From: Nanobdellati archaeon
GTDB taxonomy: Archaea; Nanobdellota; Nanobdellia; Woesearchaeales; JAADFO01
Assembly: GCA_013152815.1 (NCBI GenBank)
Contig: JAADFO010000048.1
Location: forward strand, 1 to 52,741
Direction: 5' to 3'
DNA: 52,741 nt
The notes beneath the pieces were generated by a model. The model saw only the letters and a program-made list of their open reading frames with translations. It was not told the origin of the DNA and ran no database searches. Position numbers and translations under genes: made by a program. Positions 1-8,653 of the stretch are shown one piece after another. Numbering within the stretch: position 1 is the first letter of the stretch; each line of letters starts with the position of its first letter.

Positions 1-1
1 A

Positions 2-2140
2 GGCATCAACGACGGATTCCACCAATGGAACGTCACCTGCCAGGACAACGCCAGCAACAGCCACACCAGCACCACCAGGAACTTCACCGTCAACGCTCCA
101 CCGACCATCGTCCTGGACCAACCTCCGACAAACTATTGGAACAATACCGGGAACATCACCTTCCTGTACACTCCGACGGACACCGGCGGACTGGCCAACT
201 GCTCATTATATGTCGACGACCAGCTCAACCAGACCAACACCACGGCCCTCATCAGCGGATCCCAGCAGAACTTCTCCCTCAGCGGACTCGCCCCGGGCAT
301 CTACAACTGGACGGTCCAATGCATCGACCTCGGCGGCCTTTCATCGGCCGCAGCTCCCCGGATCTTCAGGGTGGACAGGACAGGGCCGAACATCACCCTC
401 CTGACGCCGGAAGCCAACGCCTCGATGGACTCCTCCAGCATCACCTTCAATTTCACCGCGAGCGATGATATGGGGACGCCTCTCCTATGCAACATCACCC
501 TGAACGGCAGCGTCACCAATCCCAGCACCCTTGTGGTACAGAACGGAACCAACGCCTCCTCGACGACGACAGGATTGACCGACGGGCTCTTCTTCTGGAA
601 TGTCACCTGTCTCGACAATGCGTCCAACAGCGGTACGAGCCCCACCAGGAACTTCACCCTCAATGAACCGCCGCGTGTGGCCCTCCTGTCTCCTGGTGAC
701 GGCACGGAGAGCAAGGAACAGAACCAGACCTTCGTCTATGTCCCCCGGGACAACTCAGGTTCGATAGCGGACTGCAGCCTCATCCTCAACGATGTGGTGA
801 ACAGGACGAACACCTCCATCTCCGCTTCCCAGAGCAATAACTTCACGGTCTATGGTCTTCCGGACAACGTCTATAACTGGACCGTGAACTGCACCGACGG
901 ATCAGGCAACAGGGGAACCAACGTCTCCGGGCGCCTGCTGTACATCGACAACGAAGGGCCTGCCATCGATCTCCATCACCCCAGCCCATCCCAGGCGATG
1001 AACAGCAACACGGTCCTTTTCAATTGGACAGCCAGCGACAATGTCCTCAGCGCCATGACCTGCAACCTCACCATCGACGACCAGGTCAACGTCTCCGGCA
1101 TCGCCGGGTCCTCGGGGATCGTCATCAGCCAGACCGTGGCGAACTTCAGCCAGGGAACCCACAACTGGAGCGTGGCCTGCTGGGACAGCCTCAACAACAG
1201 CAACACCTCACTGACCAGGTCATTCGTCATCAACATCCCTGATCTCTTCGTCAATGCATCGTTCATCACCTTCAACACCACCTCACCGACAGAAGGACAG
1301 AGCATCCTGATCAATGCCACGATCATGAACATCGGCGGCACCGCCGCTGATTTCTTCGCTGTGCGGTTCTATGACGGCCGGCCGTCCTCAGGAGGAAGCC
1401 TCATCGGAGCAGAGATCAACGTCACCAACCTTGGAGCGGACGAGAACATAACGGTCAACGTCACCTGGACCGCGAAGCTGGACCTCCACACCATCTGGGT
1501 GTTCGCCGACTATCACAACAACGTGACAGAGACATCTGAAGACAACAACAACGCCTCCCGCAACATCACCATCTCTGCCTGGCACTTCATCGTCGGCAAC
1601 AATAGCGGTGATCTGGAGATCCACGACACCGACGCCAACGTCGCCTTCGCCTGGACGATCAGCAACGCCACCGGCACGAACATCTATGCGGTGGACAGCG
1701 ACGGGTCGGTCTCCTGGAGCGCTCTCAGGGCATTGGGCCAGAACAGCAGCAACGCCACCCGGATGGACGACTTCACCCAGCTCGATGACGCCCTCAACAT
1801 GGAGAACTTCACCCAGAACGTGAACACGACCTTCACCGCCCAGGGAAGCCCGCGGAAGACCGGCAGCTTCATCATCTTCGGAAAGAACCAGACCCAGGTA
1901 CCGCTCGCAAACTCCACCAACACCAGCTCCTTCATGACCGGCATCCTCTGGGACACCAGTGACGGAGGGGACGGCAACTTCGACGGCACGGAGGATGTGG
2001 TCTTCATCACCGAGAACAAAGGGGTGAAGACCGGCGCCTATGGAAACTATGAGTTCGAGATACGGGTCCCTGCCCTGCTGCGGCAATACATCGCCCCGAA
2101 CAACGAGAACAGCATCACCCTCTATCTCGAACTGAAGTGA
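2..2140 (+). CDS. C-terminal part (5'-truncated) of a large Ig-like-repeat surface glycoprotein with a CARDB-like domain and a conserved C-terminal domain
   Basis: The frame of ORF 371..2140 is open back to position 2 (GINDGFHQWNVTCQDNASN...). It has ~95-aa repeats with CxL...WNVxCxD motifs and many N-x-S/T sequons, a CARDB-like segment (PDLFVN...INATIMNIGG...EDNNNASR) and ends ...ITLYLELK. Confidence 0.85.
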   Translation, partial: GINDGFHQWNVTCQDNASNSHTSTTRNFTVNAPPTIVLDQPPTNYWNNTGNITFLYTPTDTGGLANCSLYVDDQLNQTNTTALISGSQQNFSLSGLAPGIYNWTVQCIDLGGLSSAAAPRIFRVDRTGPNITLLTPEANASMDSSSITFNFTASDDMGTPLLCNITLNGSVTNPSTLVVQNGTNASSTTTGLTDGLFFWNVTCLDNASNSGTSPTRNFTLNEPPRVALLSPGDGTESKEQNQTFVYVPRDNSGSIADCSLILNDVVNRTNTSISASQSNNFTVYGLPDNVYNWTVNCTDGSGNRGTNVSGRLLYIDNEGPAIDLHHPSPSQAMNSNTVLFNWTASDNVLSAMTCNLTIDDQVNVSGIAGSSGIVISQTVANFSQGTHNWSVACWDSLNNSNTSLTRSFVINIPDLFVNASFITFNTTSPTEGQSILINATIMNIGGTAADFFAVRFYDGRPSSGGSLIGAEINVTNLGADENITVNVTWTAKLDLHTIWVFADYHNNVTETSEDNNNASRNITISAWHFIVGNNSGDLEIHDTDANVAFAWTISNATGTNIYAVDSDGSVSWSALRALGQNSSNATRMDDFTQLDDALNMENFTQNVNTTFTAQGSPRKTGSFIIFGKNQTQVPLANSTNTSSFMTGILWDTSDGGDGNFDGTEDVVFITENKGVKTGAYGNYEFEIRVPALLRQYIAPNNENSITLYLELK

Positions 2141-2310
2141 TGGGATGATGAAGGAAGAGCATAATAACGTGATGAAGCGATCCGCCGATCCTGCTCAGGA
2201 AAGAAAGAGTGAGACTGAAAGAGAGAAAGAAGAAGAGAAAGAGAGGAAGACAGGACAGGGGGAAAACAGGACAACATTCCGACTTTTTTATCCTGCCACA
2301 GTGAGAAAAA

Positions 2311-2325
2311 CAAAACCTATTTATA
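2311..2325 (+). promoter_or_regulatory. Archaeal BRE/TATA-like promoter, probably giving a leaderless transcript
   Basis: CAAAACCTATTTATA ends 22 nt before ATG 2348, with no SD site in between. Confidence 0.55.
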
Positions 2326-2347
2326 CCCTTGCCTGTTTCACAGCATC

Positions 2348-2653
2348 ATGGGAACCATCCTCAGTTCTAAGACGAAAGAGGACGGAAGCGTCATCTTCGA
2401 AGTCGTCGTAGATTATGAAGAAGCGCTCCAGCTGCAGGGCCGTCTGAACAACGTCCATCTCTTCTCAGAGGATATCGCCTCCATCGAGACCAAGATAGCG
2501 CCCAGGGGCAAGAATGAAGCGACGACCTATTTTCTGATGCCGCGGGAATTACGGAAGAACCTCACACTGACCAAGAAAGCCCATTGCCAGAAGATCGAGA
2601 CCAAGACCAAGATAATCTTTCTCTATGTGATAGACAAATTAGGCCTTCGATAG
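2348..2653 (+). CDS. Small hypothetical protein with a possible AbrB/MazE-like swapped-hairpin motif
   Basis: 101 aa, globular composition. TKIAPRGKNEATTYFLMPRELR resembles the AbrB-type motif. Sits 4 nt upstream of the KaiC-like gene. Confidence 0.65.
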   Translation: MGTILSSKTKEDGSVIFEVVVDYEEALQLQGRLNNVHLFSEDIASIETKIAPRGKNEATTYFLMPRELRKNLTLTKKAHCQKIETKTKIIFLYVIDKLGLR

Positions 2654-2657
2654 GAAG

Positions 2658-3449
2658 ATGACGACCAGAAAGAGCAACAGGACGAAGAGGACCAGAAGGG
2701 CCGACAGAGGGAACAGCATGACAGCAACAGGCAGGAAGACCAGGACAAGGGACCACAGGACACCCATGGGCATCAGGGGCTTTGATGCGCTCGTCGACGG
2801 AGGCGTCCCTCAGGGAAAATGCATCCTCCTCAGCGGCACACCCGGCACCGGGAAGACCATCTTCTCCCTGGAGTACATCTATCAGGGAGCGGTACGGTTC
2901 AAAGAGAAAGGGCTTTTCGTCTCCTTTGAAGAACAGGCAGAGAATCTCAGGGCTCAGGCAGCAAAATTCGGATGGGACTATCCGTTGCTCGAAAAGCAGG
3001 GCATCGTCACCTTCCTCAACATCCCGGTGAGTGAGATCAAACAGAACACCGTCGATGAGATCGTCAACTTCATCAGGAAGAACAGGATCAGAAGACTGGT
3101 CATCGATTCGCTCTCGGCCCTCGCCATCAACTCACCAACGGCGCATGTGAAGGTCACCGATATCACCGCCTATAGCATCCAGCGTTTCATCTATTCTTTC
3201 GTCAACAGGCTCAAAAGCCTCCGGGAGGTAACATCCCTCCTCATCTCCCAGACGCAGGAAGGCCAGCTGTCCCGCGACTCGGTCTCTGAATTCGTCTGTG
3301 ACGGCATCATCACCATCAACTATGAGGCGCTTGGAGGAGAGTACTCACGCAGCCTGATCGTCCGCAAGATGCGAGAGGTCAACAACGATGAGGATGTGCA
3401 TCCGCTCGAGATATCCAAGAAAGGGATCATCATCCATTCGCTTTCCTGA
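2658..3449 (+). CDS. KaiC-like (RecA superfamily) single-domain ATPase
   Basis: Motifs: GIRGFDALVDGGVP, Walker A GTPGTGKT, catalytic SFEE, Walker B LVIDS, SEFVCDGII and RKMR finger. The N-terminal ~35 aa are Arg/Thr-rich, so the start may lie downstream. Confidence 0.92.
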   Translation: MTTRKSNRTKRTRRADRGNSMTATGRKTRTRDHRTPMGIRGFDALVDGGVPQGKCILLSGTPGTGKTIFSLEYIYQGAVRFKEKGLFVSFEEQAENLRAQAAKFGWDYPLLEKQGIVTFLNIPVSEIKQNTVDEIVNFIRKNRIRRLVIDSLSALAINSPTAHVKVTDITAYSIQRFIYSFVNRLKSLREVTSLLISQTQEGQLSRDSVSEFVCDGIITINYEALGGEYSRSLIVRKMREVNNDEDVHPLEISKKGIIIHSLS

Positions 3450-3602
3450 ACACGGCAAGCGGCGGAGGAATAAAGAACGGGCATTCGGTCTTTCTTTCCC
3501 CCGTTCATGCACACCATCCTCTCCCCATCACCTTTGGGTACGTCGGGGAAACCCCGTCTAACGTTTCCAGATATCAACAAAGCAACAGAAGAAGCGATAC
3601 CG

Positions 3603-4265
3603 ATGATAGCACGATGGACCAACAGCTTCGTCAGACTGATGGGAGGCCATGGCATCTTCCGCTTCGACAGGAACGGTGTGCTCCGGGTGGCAGGGGTGGA
3701 GGCCCTCATGCTGCCCATGACAAGCTTTGCCATGCAGCAGTTCCTGCTCAACAAGTATCTCGACAGGCACATCGTCCAGGACATCTTCTATCATACGGGC
3801 AAGATCCAAGGAAAGGTCGCCGTCCGCATCCTCAGGGACAAGTTCGGCATCAAGGACCCGAAAAGGATATTCTCCATGATCATGGAGCAGTACAAGATGG
3901 TGGGCATGGGACGGAACGAGATCCTGAAGTTGGACCGGAAGAACCATATCGTGCTCCTCAAGAAGGTCGTCGCACCCTATGAAGAGAAATATCTCAAGCT
4001 CTTCGGCACGCAGAAGGAACCTGTCAGCCAGGGACACCGGGGAGCCACGGCGGGCATCTTCGAGGAGATCTTCGGGGAAGAGATGGTCACCATCGAGAAG
4101 CAATGCAAGGTCCAGGGCAAGCAGTTCTGCCTCGAAGAGACATTTCCTACGCGCCTGATCAAGAAGAAGGACCTGAGTCCCATGGAGAAGCGACAGCTTC
4201 CTTCGCCCGTATCACGATACCCTGAGCTCAGACAGCTCGAACAGACCATGCATTACCTGAGATGA
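3603..4265 (+). CDS. V4R (4-vinyl reductase-like) small-molecule-binding domain protein
   Basis: GMGRNEI...PVSQGHRGATAGIFEEIFGEEMVTIEKQCKVQGKQFC is the V4R signature. Start is uncertain (3507 or 3603). Confidence 0.8.
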   Translation: MIARWTNSFVRLMGGHGIFRFDRNGVLRVAGVEALMLPMTSFAMQQFLLNKYLDRHIVQDIFYHTGKIQGKVAVRILRDKFGIKDPKRIFSMIMEQYKMVGMGRNEILKLDRKNHIVLLKKVVAPYEEKYLKLFGTQKEPVSQGHRGATAGIFEEIFGEEMVTIEKQCKVQGKQFCLEETFPTRLIKKKDLSPMEKRQLPSPVSRYPELRQLEQTMHYLR

Positions 4266-4361
4266 TCCTGTTCTCTGAGATGGTCCCGGAAGGTCAGAAA
4301 GAGAAACCATCGAAGAAGGCCGGAGAGGAAGAATCGAAGAGGGAAGAACAGGTTCTCTTCT

Positions 4362-5768
4362 TCAGAGTGCCCGTCTCAGGAAGCGCGGAGGATTCTCCAG
4401 GTCGACGATCTCCAGATAGGCCTGCCGTTCTATGCCGTTGACCGAGACGGTCAGAGGAGTGTCCATGGGGACCCCGATCTTCTTGTAGAGGTCATACTCA
4501 TCGGCCTCAAGGATCTGGACCCAATGGGTGGCACCCTTCGCCCGCGAGAAGCGGAAGGCCTCGAAAAGGAGCTTGAGACCCACCCCTGCCCGGACATAGG
4601 GCATCCGGATCCATCTCCCTGGCTCGATGATCCTTGCGCCCTGCTGGCGATAGTGGTCAAGCGGATAGAATGCGTCGGCGGGCAGCTTGTCCCGGGGACT
4701 GTCCTCCACAAGACGCATCGTCCCCAGGAGCTTTCCATGATGGCTTGCGATGAGATGATAGGCGTGCTCGTCAAACGCATCGGCATCGGTGAGCGGATGC
4801 CTGTAGAAAGGAGGTGTGTGTCCCTTCCGTTCGTTGAGATAATGGTAGCGGAAACGATAGAGCGAAGGAAGCTCTTCGGGCAGCGCTTGCCGTATGACAA
4901 GGTCATCCATGGGAAGGCCGGCGTAGACGATGCCTTTCTTCACCGCCAGAAGGAAGGCCTGCTTCATATACACTTCCTTCCCGGGCAGGGTGTCTGCTGC
5001 CAGGACATCGCTGAATCCCACATACTCCAGGAGGATCCTCTTCATCCGCTCGGTGGAAAAATGGTTCTTGATGTTCGCATCCAGAAGCTGGTTGACCATG
5101 CTGACGATCTGCAGGTCCTGTTGCCTGTCCTGAAGACGGCCGGTCTGCAGCAGCTCGGCCAGAAGCCCGCTCGTCAGTATCCGCACGTCCTGGTCGGGTT
5201 TGGGCCCGGAGACGACGAGGATCCCGTCTTTCTTCAGAGCACGGTAAGCCTGGTCCAGGGCATGATAGGGATCGTCGAGAGCGTAGAGCACGTTGAGCAT
5301 GGCCGCTCCGTCATAGCGGTTGGGGGGCAAGGTGAAACAGGAAGCGTCCGCAAGATGCAGATCGACGAGATGCTCAAGCCCCTCCTGCTGCACCTTGAGC
5401 TCTGCCTTTTTGAGCATCTCCTCGTTGGAATCATAGCCGTCGACGTGGATGCCCTTCTTCGCGAGGAGGATGGTCTGGTTGCCGGTCCCGCATCCGATGT
5501 CGGCGACGGCGGAACAGCCTTGGAGGATGTCTGCCACCTCCTGCTGCAGACGCCGATACTGGGAGTTGGTCCCCACGACGGCATCATAGCTCTCGGCATA
5601 TCTCGTGAAGAGCGCGGAGAAGGTCACCTGGTCCGCAGGAAGATCGAGCAGTGCACCGAGTCTTGCAAGATCATCCTGACCGAGACGGTTCCGAAGAGAA
5701 TCATCAGGAACAGGAGGGGACTGTCCTTCCGAAGCAGAGGATATCGGGTCAGGTATACGAGAATCCAT
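4362..5768 (-). CDS. Class I SAM-dependent methyltransferase fused to a GNAT domain of LuxI/FeeM (N-acyl amino acid synthase) type
   Basis: N-terminal half: ADIGCGTG, GYDSNEEML, NVLYAL, ALKKDGILVV. C-terminal half: LYRFRY...DAFDEHAYHL...LLGTMRLV...IEPGRW...YKKIG. Confidence 0.8.
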   Translation of the reverse strand: MDSRIPDPISSASEGQSPPVPDDSLRNRLGQDDLARLGALLDLPADQVTFSALFTRYAESYDAVVGTNSQYRRLQQEVADILQGCSAVADIGCGTGNQTILLAKKGIHVDGYDSNEEMLKKAELKVQQEGLEHLVDLHLADASCFTLPPNRYDGAAMLNVLYALDDPYHALDQAYRALKKDGILVVSGPKPDQDVRILTSGLLAELLQTGRLQDRQQDLQIVSMVNQLLDANIKNHFSTERMKRILLEYVGFSDVLAADTLPGKEVYMKQAFLLAVKKGIVYAGLPMDDLVIRQALPEELPSLYRFRYHYLNERKGHTPPFYRHPLTDADAFDEHAYHLIASHHGKLLGTMRLVEDSPRDKLPADAFYPLDHYRQQGARIIEPGRWIRMPYVRAGVGLKLLFEAFRFSRAKGATHWVQILEADEYDLYKKIGVPMDTPLTVSVNGIERQAYLEIVDLENPPRFLRRAL

Positions 5769-5771
5769 GGA

Positions 5772-7403
5772 TCATGCACCTCGCCGGACAGGGAAAGAGG
5801 ATTCTTGATGATGACTTTCCGGGTAGTGGAACCAATAGGCTCCCTTGCGGTGTTCCTGGAGCTGCCCCTCAAGACGACGTGAGCCCACCAGCTGATTGGT
5901 CATCATGCCCGTGCTGTCCAGCTGGGGGATCATGACACGGGAGACGTCGATCCTTGCATGCAACTCCTCGAAGATCGAAGGCAGGGAGAAGGAAGGATCC
6001 ATATAATAGACCGGACCGAGCAAGGCATCTCGGACAGCTGGCCTGGATGCACGATGCCCATTGGACGGTCTTCCTGCCTCCTGCTGCCCATCAAGCCCGG
6101 CAGGATCAGCATAAACCGCATCATCAGCATGATAGAAACCAGGCGTCGGTTCTCCAGAGAGGACCTTCTCCAGATAGGCCCGCCCTAGTGCGGTCCCGGG
6201 CAGGACGGCGACGCCCAAAGAGACACCGACCACATGAGGATCGAGAGCCTGTATATCATCAAGGGAACGGAACATCTTCTCAGGGCTGTCTCCGGGAAAA
6301 CCGAAGAGAAGCTCATGGGCGACAGGGATTCCGTTGTCCTGTGCAAGCCGCGTCGCCTTCGCAATCTCCTCAAGGCCATACCATTTGCCCATCTTCCGGA
6401 GCATATTCCGGTCAGTATGGTCGACACCGAAATTGATCCCCGCCCCATTGGCCCGGGAGAGGAGACGCGCATATTCTTCGTCGAAGGGTGACGGCTGCGC
6501 ATAGAGCCAGAAACGCAACTGATTCGTCCCATACCCTCGCGAAGCTATGGCCCTCAGGACATCTTTGGAATGGGCGAAGGGAATGTTGAACTCACTGTCG
6601 GCCGAATGGATATCATGGACTCTCTGACCGATGAGCTGATCGAATTCAGAGAGCGTGTCCTCCAGGGAGACAAGGGCGTATCCATCCATCTTGGCCTCAG
6701 GTTCAATGCAGTAGGTTCTGCAGGGCATGGTACAGCCATGGGACGTCCGGATGGCACCGAGCCCGCCATGCTCATAGTACCATGCATTGTCCACCAGGGA
6801 ACGGTCGACCTTTGAAAGTATCCTTGTTGCACGTCCATCGATGAAGAGAGGGACCTCATCTGCCGACACCGATGCTCCATCATCGCCTGCAATGCCCATA
6901 GCAACAGGCTTTCCTGCCGATGAAGCCCTCACTGCGAATTGGCTTGCGAGGGACGCTCCCCTGGAAAGCCCGTCGGCAAGCTCCACGAGGACCTGGTCAC
7001 CCTGGCCCTGGACACCATAGCGAAGACCAAGATAGTGCAGCAGGGCTTCCGGCTGTGAGGAGAACCCTACTCCGCCCAGGATGATGCGCTCAGGGTCGAT
7101 GTGACCCTTGATCCGATCCACAAGACGATGATGTTCAGGCAGGAAAGAACCCTTCTCTGGCAGGTCGAAGAAGGAAGGGAAATAGAGATCATGGGTATTC
7201 CGAAGGGTGAGGGCGACCAGCTCAGGGCGTGACCTCTGAAAATAGCTGTCGATGGAAGCAGAAGGATCATCGGTCAAGGTGAGGTCGAGGATCTCGACAT
7301 CGTGGCCTTCCTGCCGTAGGGCCGAACCGAGAACGTCAAGCGCATAGGGCGCGATAGGGGGGACAAGTATCCTGTTGAGATTGACCAGGACCACATCGGT
7401 CAT
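5772..7403 (-). CDS. Cobalamin-binding radical SAM methyltransferase, TsrM (tryptophan 2-C-methyltransferase)-like
   Basis: PPIAPYALDVL, LRNTHD, GGVGFS, WYYEHGGLG, GCTMPCRTYCIEPEAK, DSEFN, INFGVDH and HELLFGFPG all match my recollection of the TsrM family. SD AGGTGAT precedes the ATG. Confidence 0.85.
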   Translation of the reverse strand: MTDVVLVNLNRILVPPIAPYALDVLGSALRQEGHDVEILDLTLTDDPSASIDSYFQRSRPELVALTLRNTHDLYFPSFFDLPEKGSFLPEHHRLVDRIKGHIDPERIILGGVGFSSQPEALLHYLGLRYGVQGQGDQVLVELADGLSRGASLASQFAVRASSAGKPVAMGIAGDDGASVSADEVPLFIDGRATRILSKVDRSLVDNAWYYEHGGLGAIRTSHGCTMPCRTYCIEPEAKMDGYALVSLEDTLSEFDQLIGQRVHDIHSADSEFNIPFAHSKDVLRAIASRGYGTNQLRFWLYAQPSPFDEEYARLLSRANGAGINFGVDHTDRNMLRKMGKWYGLEEIAKATRLAQDNGIPVAHELLFGFPGDSPEKMFRSLDDIQALDPHVVGVSLGVAVLPGTALGRAYLEKVLSGEPTPGFYHADDAVYADPAGLDGQQEAGRPSNGHRASRPAVRDALLGPVYYMDPSFSLPSIFEELHARIDVSRVMIPQLDSTGMMTNQLVGSRRLEGQLQEHRKGAYWFHYPESHHQESSFPVRRGA

Positions 7404-7500
7404 CCCGCATCACCTTGCCTCTTTTCTGAAGTGTCACCCATGCCAGGTCACCCATGCCGTCTTTCTTAATGCTCTTTTAATGCTCTTAGAAGTCCTGATT

Positions 7501-7516
7501 GTTTAATAAGCTTTTC
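7501..7516 (-). promoter_or_regulatory. BRE/TATA-like promoter for the TsrM-like operon
   Basis: The minus strand reads GAAAAGCTTATTAAAC about 100 nt upstream of start 7403, in an AT-rich intergenic region. Confidence 0.45.
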
Positions 7517-7851
7517 AATATATTTATCCATTTTATCATGAATCAGGACTGTATTCTATGATACAGGAAAAAGAATTAGAGAATAAGAGATGTTTAATAG
7601 AGAGTTTATCCAATAATGATAGCCACATGGCCTGTCGAAGACCAGAAAAGAGCAGGAAGCAGCAGTGACAGAAGAAGAGGACACAGAGGAGGAGAACATG
7701 CGATCTGCAGCCAGTGATGAAAAGTTATACCAAAACAGGCATAATTTATCCTGATTTCTACAATAACTCTTTATAGTCAGAGCTCCTCTTATCCTACAAG
7801 ACCAAGGCCGATGAGACCAACGATATTCATCTCATCATTCATACACCGGGG

Positions 7852-7879
7852 GTCCCTGCTCTTGGAAAAGAGCAGGGAC
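7852..7879. other. Perfect 12-bp hairpin with GGAA (GNRA) loop
   Basis: GTCCCTGCTCTT-GGAA-AAGAGCAGGGAC, followed by AACCTTTT. Function unknown. Confidence 0.6.
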
Positions 7880-8065
7880 AACCTTTTGGCCTGCGATTCT
7901 ACCCCACCACCCACTGGTCTTTATAAGCCGATACTTAGGTCAATACTGAACAGAATCCAGGGAAATGCTGATGAGCATCATTGACAGGGGCGTACGATAA
8001 GGCATCATAGGAAAGGTCGCTGCAGGAAGAGAAAGACAACAGAACACGGAAGAAAAAGGGATAGC

Positions 8066-8653
8066 ATGGACAAACTCAACGAGATAACGAACGACATGAG
8101 CGTATTGGTGGTCATGAACGAGCATGCCTATGACACAAAGACGCCGGCACTCCTGCAACAGCTGCATGAAAGCAGACGCAATTTCTGCTATGTGTGCCTG
8201 GCACGGCCCTACAGCGAGATAAAAGAAAGGTTCCAGAGCAGTTTCATACCGACGACGCAGTTCCATTTCATCGATACGTTGAGCAGCCATTATGAGAAAC
8301 AGGAAGAGCAAGAGGACTGCACCTTCCTTCCTGACCCCATAAAACTGAGCGTCCTTTCAGAGACCATCATGCAGAAGATGAAAGAGAAGCGATGTTCAGG
8401 GGTCGTCTTCGACACCTTCAGCGCACTGCTCAGCTATAAGGCTGATTTTGAGCTTCTCCACTTCATCAACGACCTTTCCATGAAGACGAAAGACAAGAAC
8501 ATGAGCAAAATCCTCTTCTTCGAGCGGAAGATCCGTCCCTATTACGAGAACTCGGAAAGGCTGGCCAATGATCTTGCCTTGTTCCTGGACAGGACCATCT
8601 GGCTCAACGGAAAGGAAACCCACCAAACCCACCCTGTGCAGGATCAGCGATGA
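8066..8653 (+). CDS. Inactivated KaiC/RecA-fold protein (no Walker A)
   Basis: CYVCLARPYSEI...FHFIDTLS...VVFDTFSALL...LALFLDRTI follows the RecA-fold strand order but has no GxxGxGKT. Paralogous to 22830..23357. Confidence 0.7.
   Translation: MDKLNEITNDMSVLVVMNEHAYDTKTPALLQQLHESRRNFCYVCLARPYSEIKERFQSSFIPTTQFHFIDTLSSHYEKQEEQEDCTFLPDPIKLSVLSETIMQKMKEKRCSGVVFDTFSALLSYKADFELLHFINDLSMKTKDKNMSKILFFERKIRPYYENSERLANDLALFLDRTIWLNGKETHQTHPVQDQR

Noticed and set aside
2145..2411. 88-aa ORF after the first gene
   Set aside because: It reads through a purine-rich low-complexity spacer and a promoter, and it overlaps the better-supported gene at 2348.
3450..3602. Short stems (e.g. CGGGG-AAA-CCCCG) between the KaiC-like and V4R genes, and at 9220-9266, as ncRNA or terminators
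   Set aside because: Stems of 5-7 bp are expected by chance at this GC content, so support is insufficient.
4524..5882. 452-aa plus-strand ORF (and the 347-aa ORF at 13098..14141)
   Set aside because: Antisense to well-supported genes, with no recognisable motifs.
4362..7403. Thiopeptide (thiostrepton-type) gene cluster
   Set aside because: No YcaO, dehydratase, quinaldate-pathway or Ser/Thr/Cys-rich precursor gene in the window.
7404..8065. Cobalamin riboswitch upstream of the B12 enzyme
   Set aside because: I could not find the conserved B12-box or AGGGAA...GCCCCCGC-ACTGT core on the minus strand. An Rfam scan would settle it.
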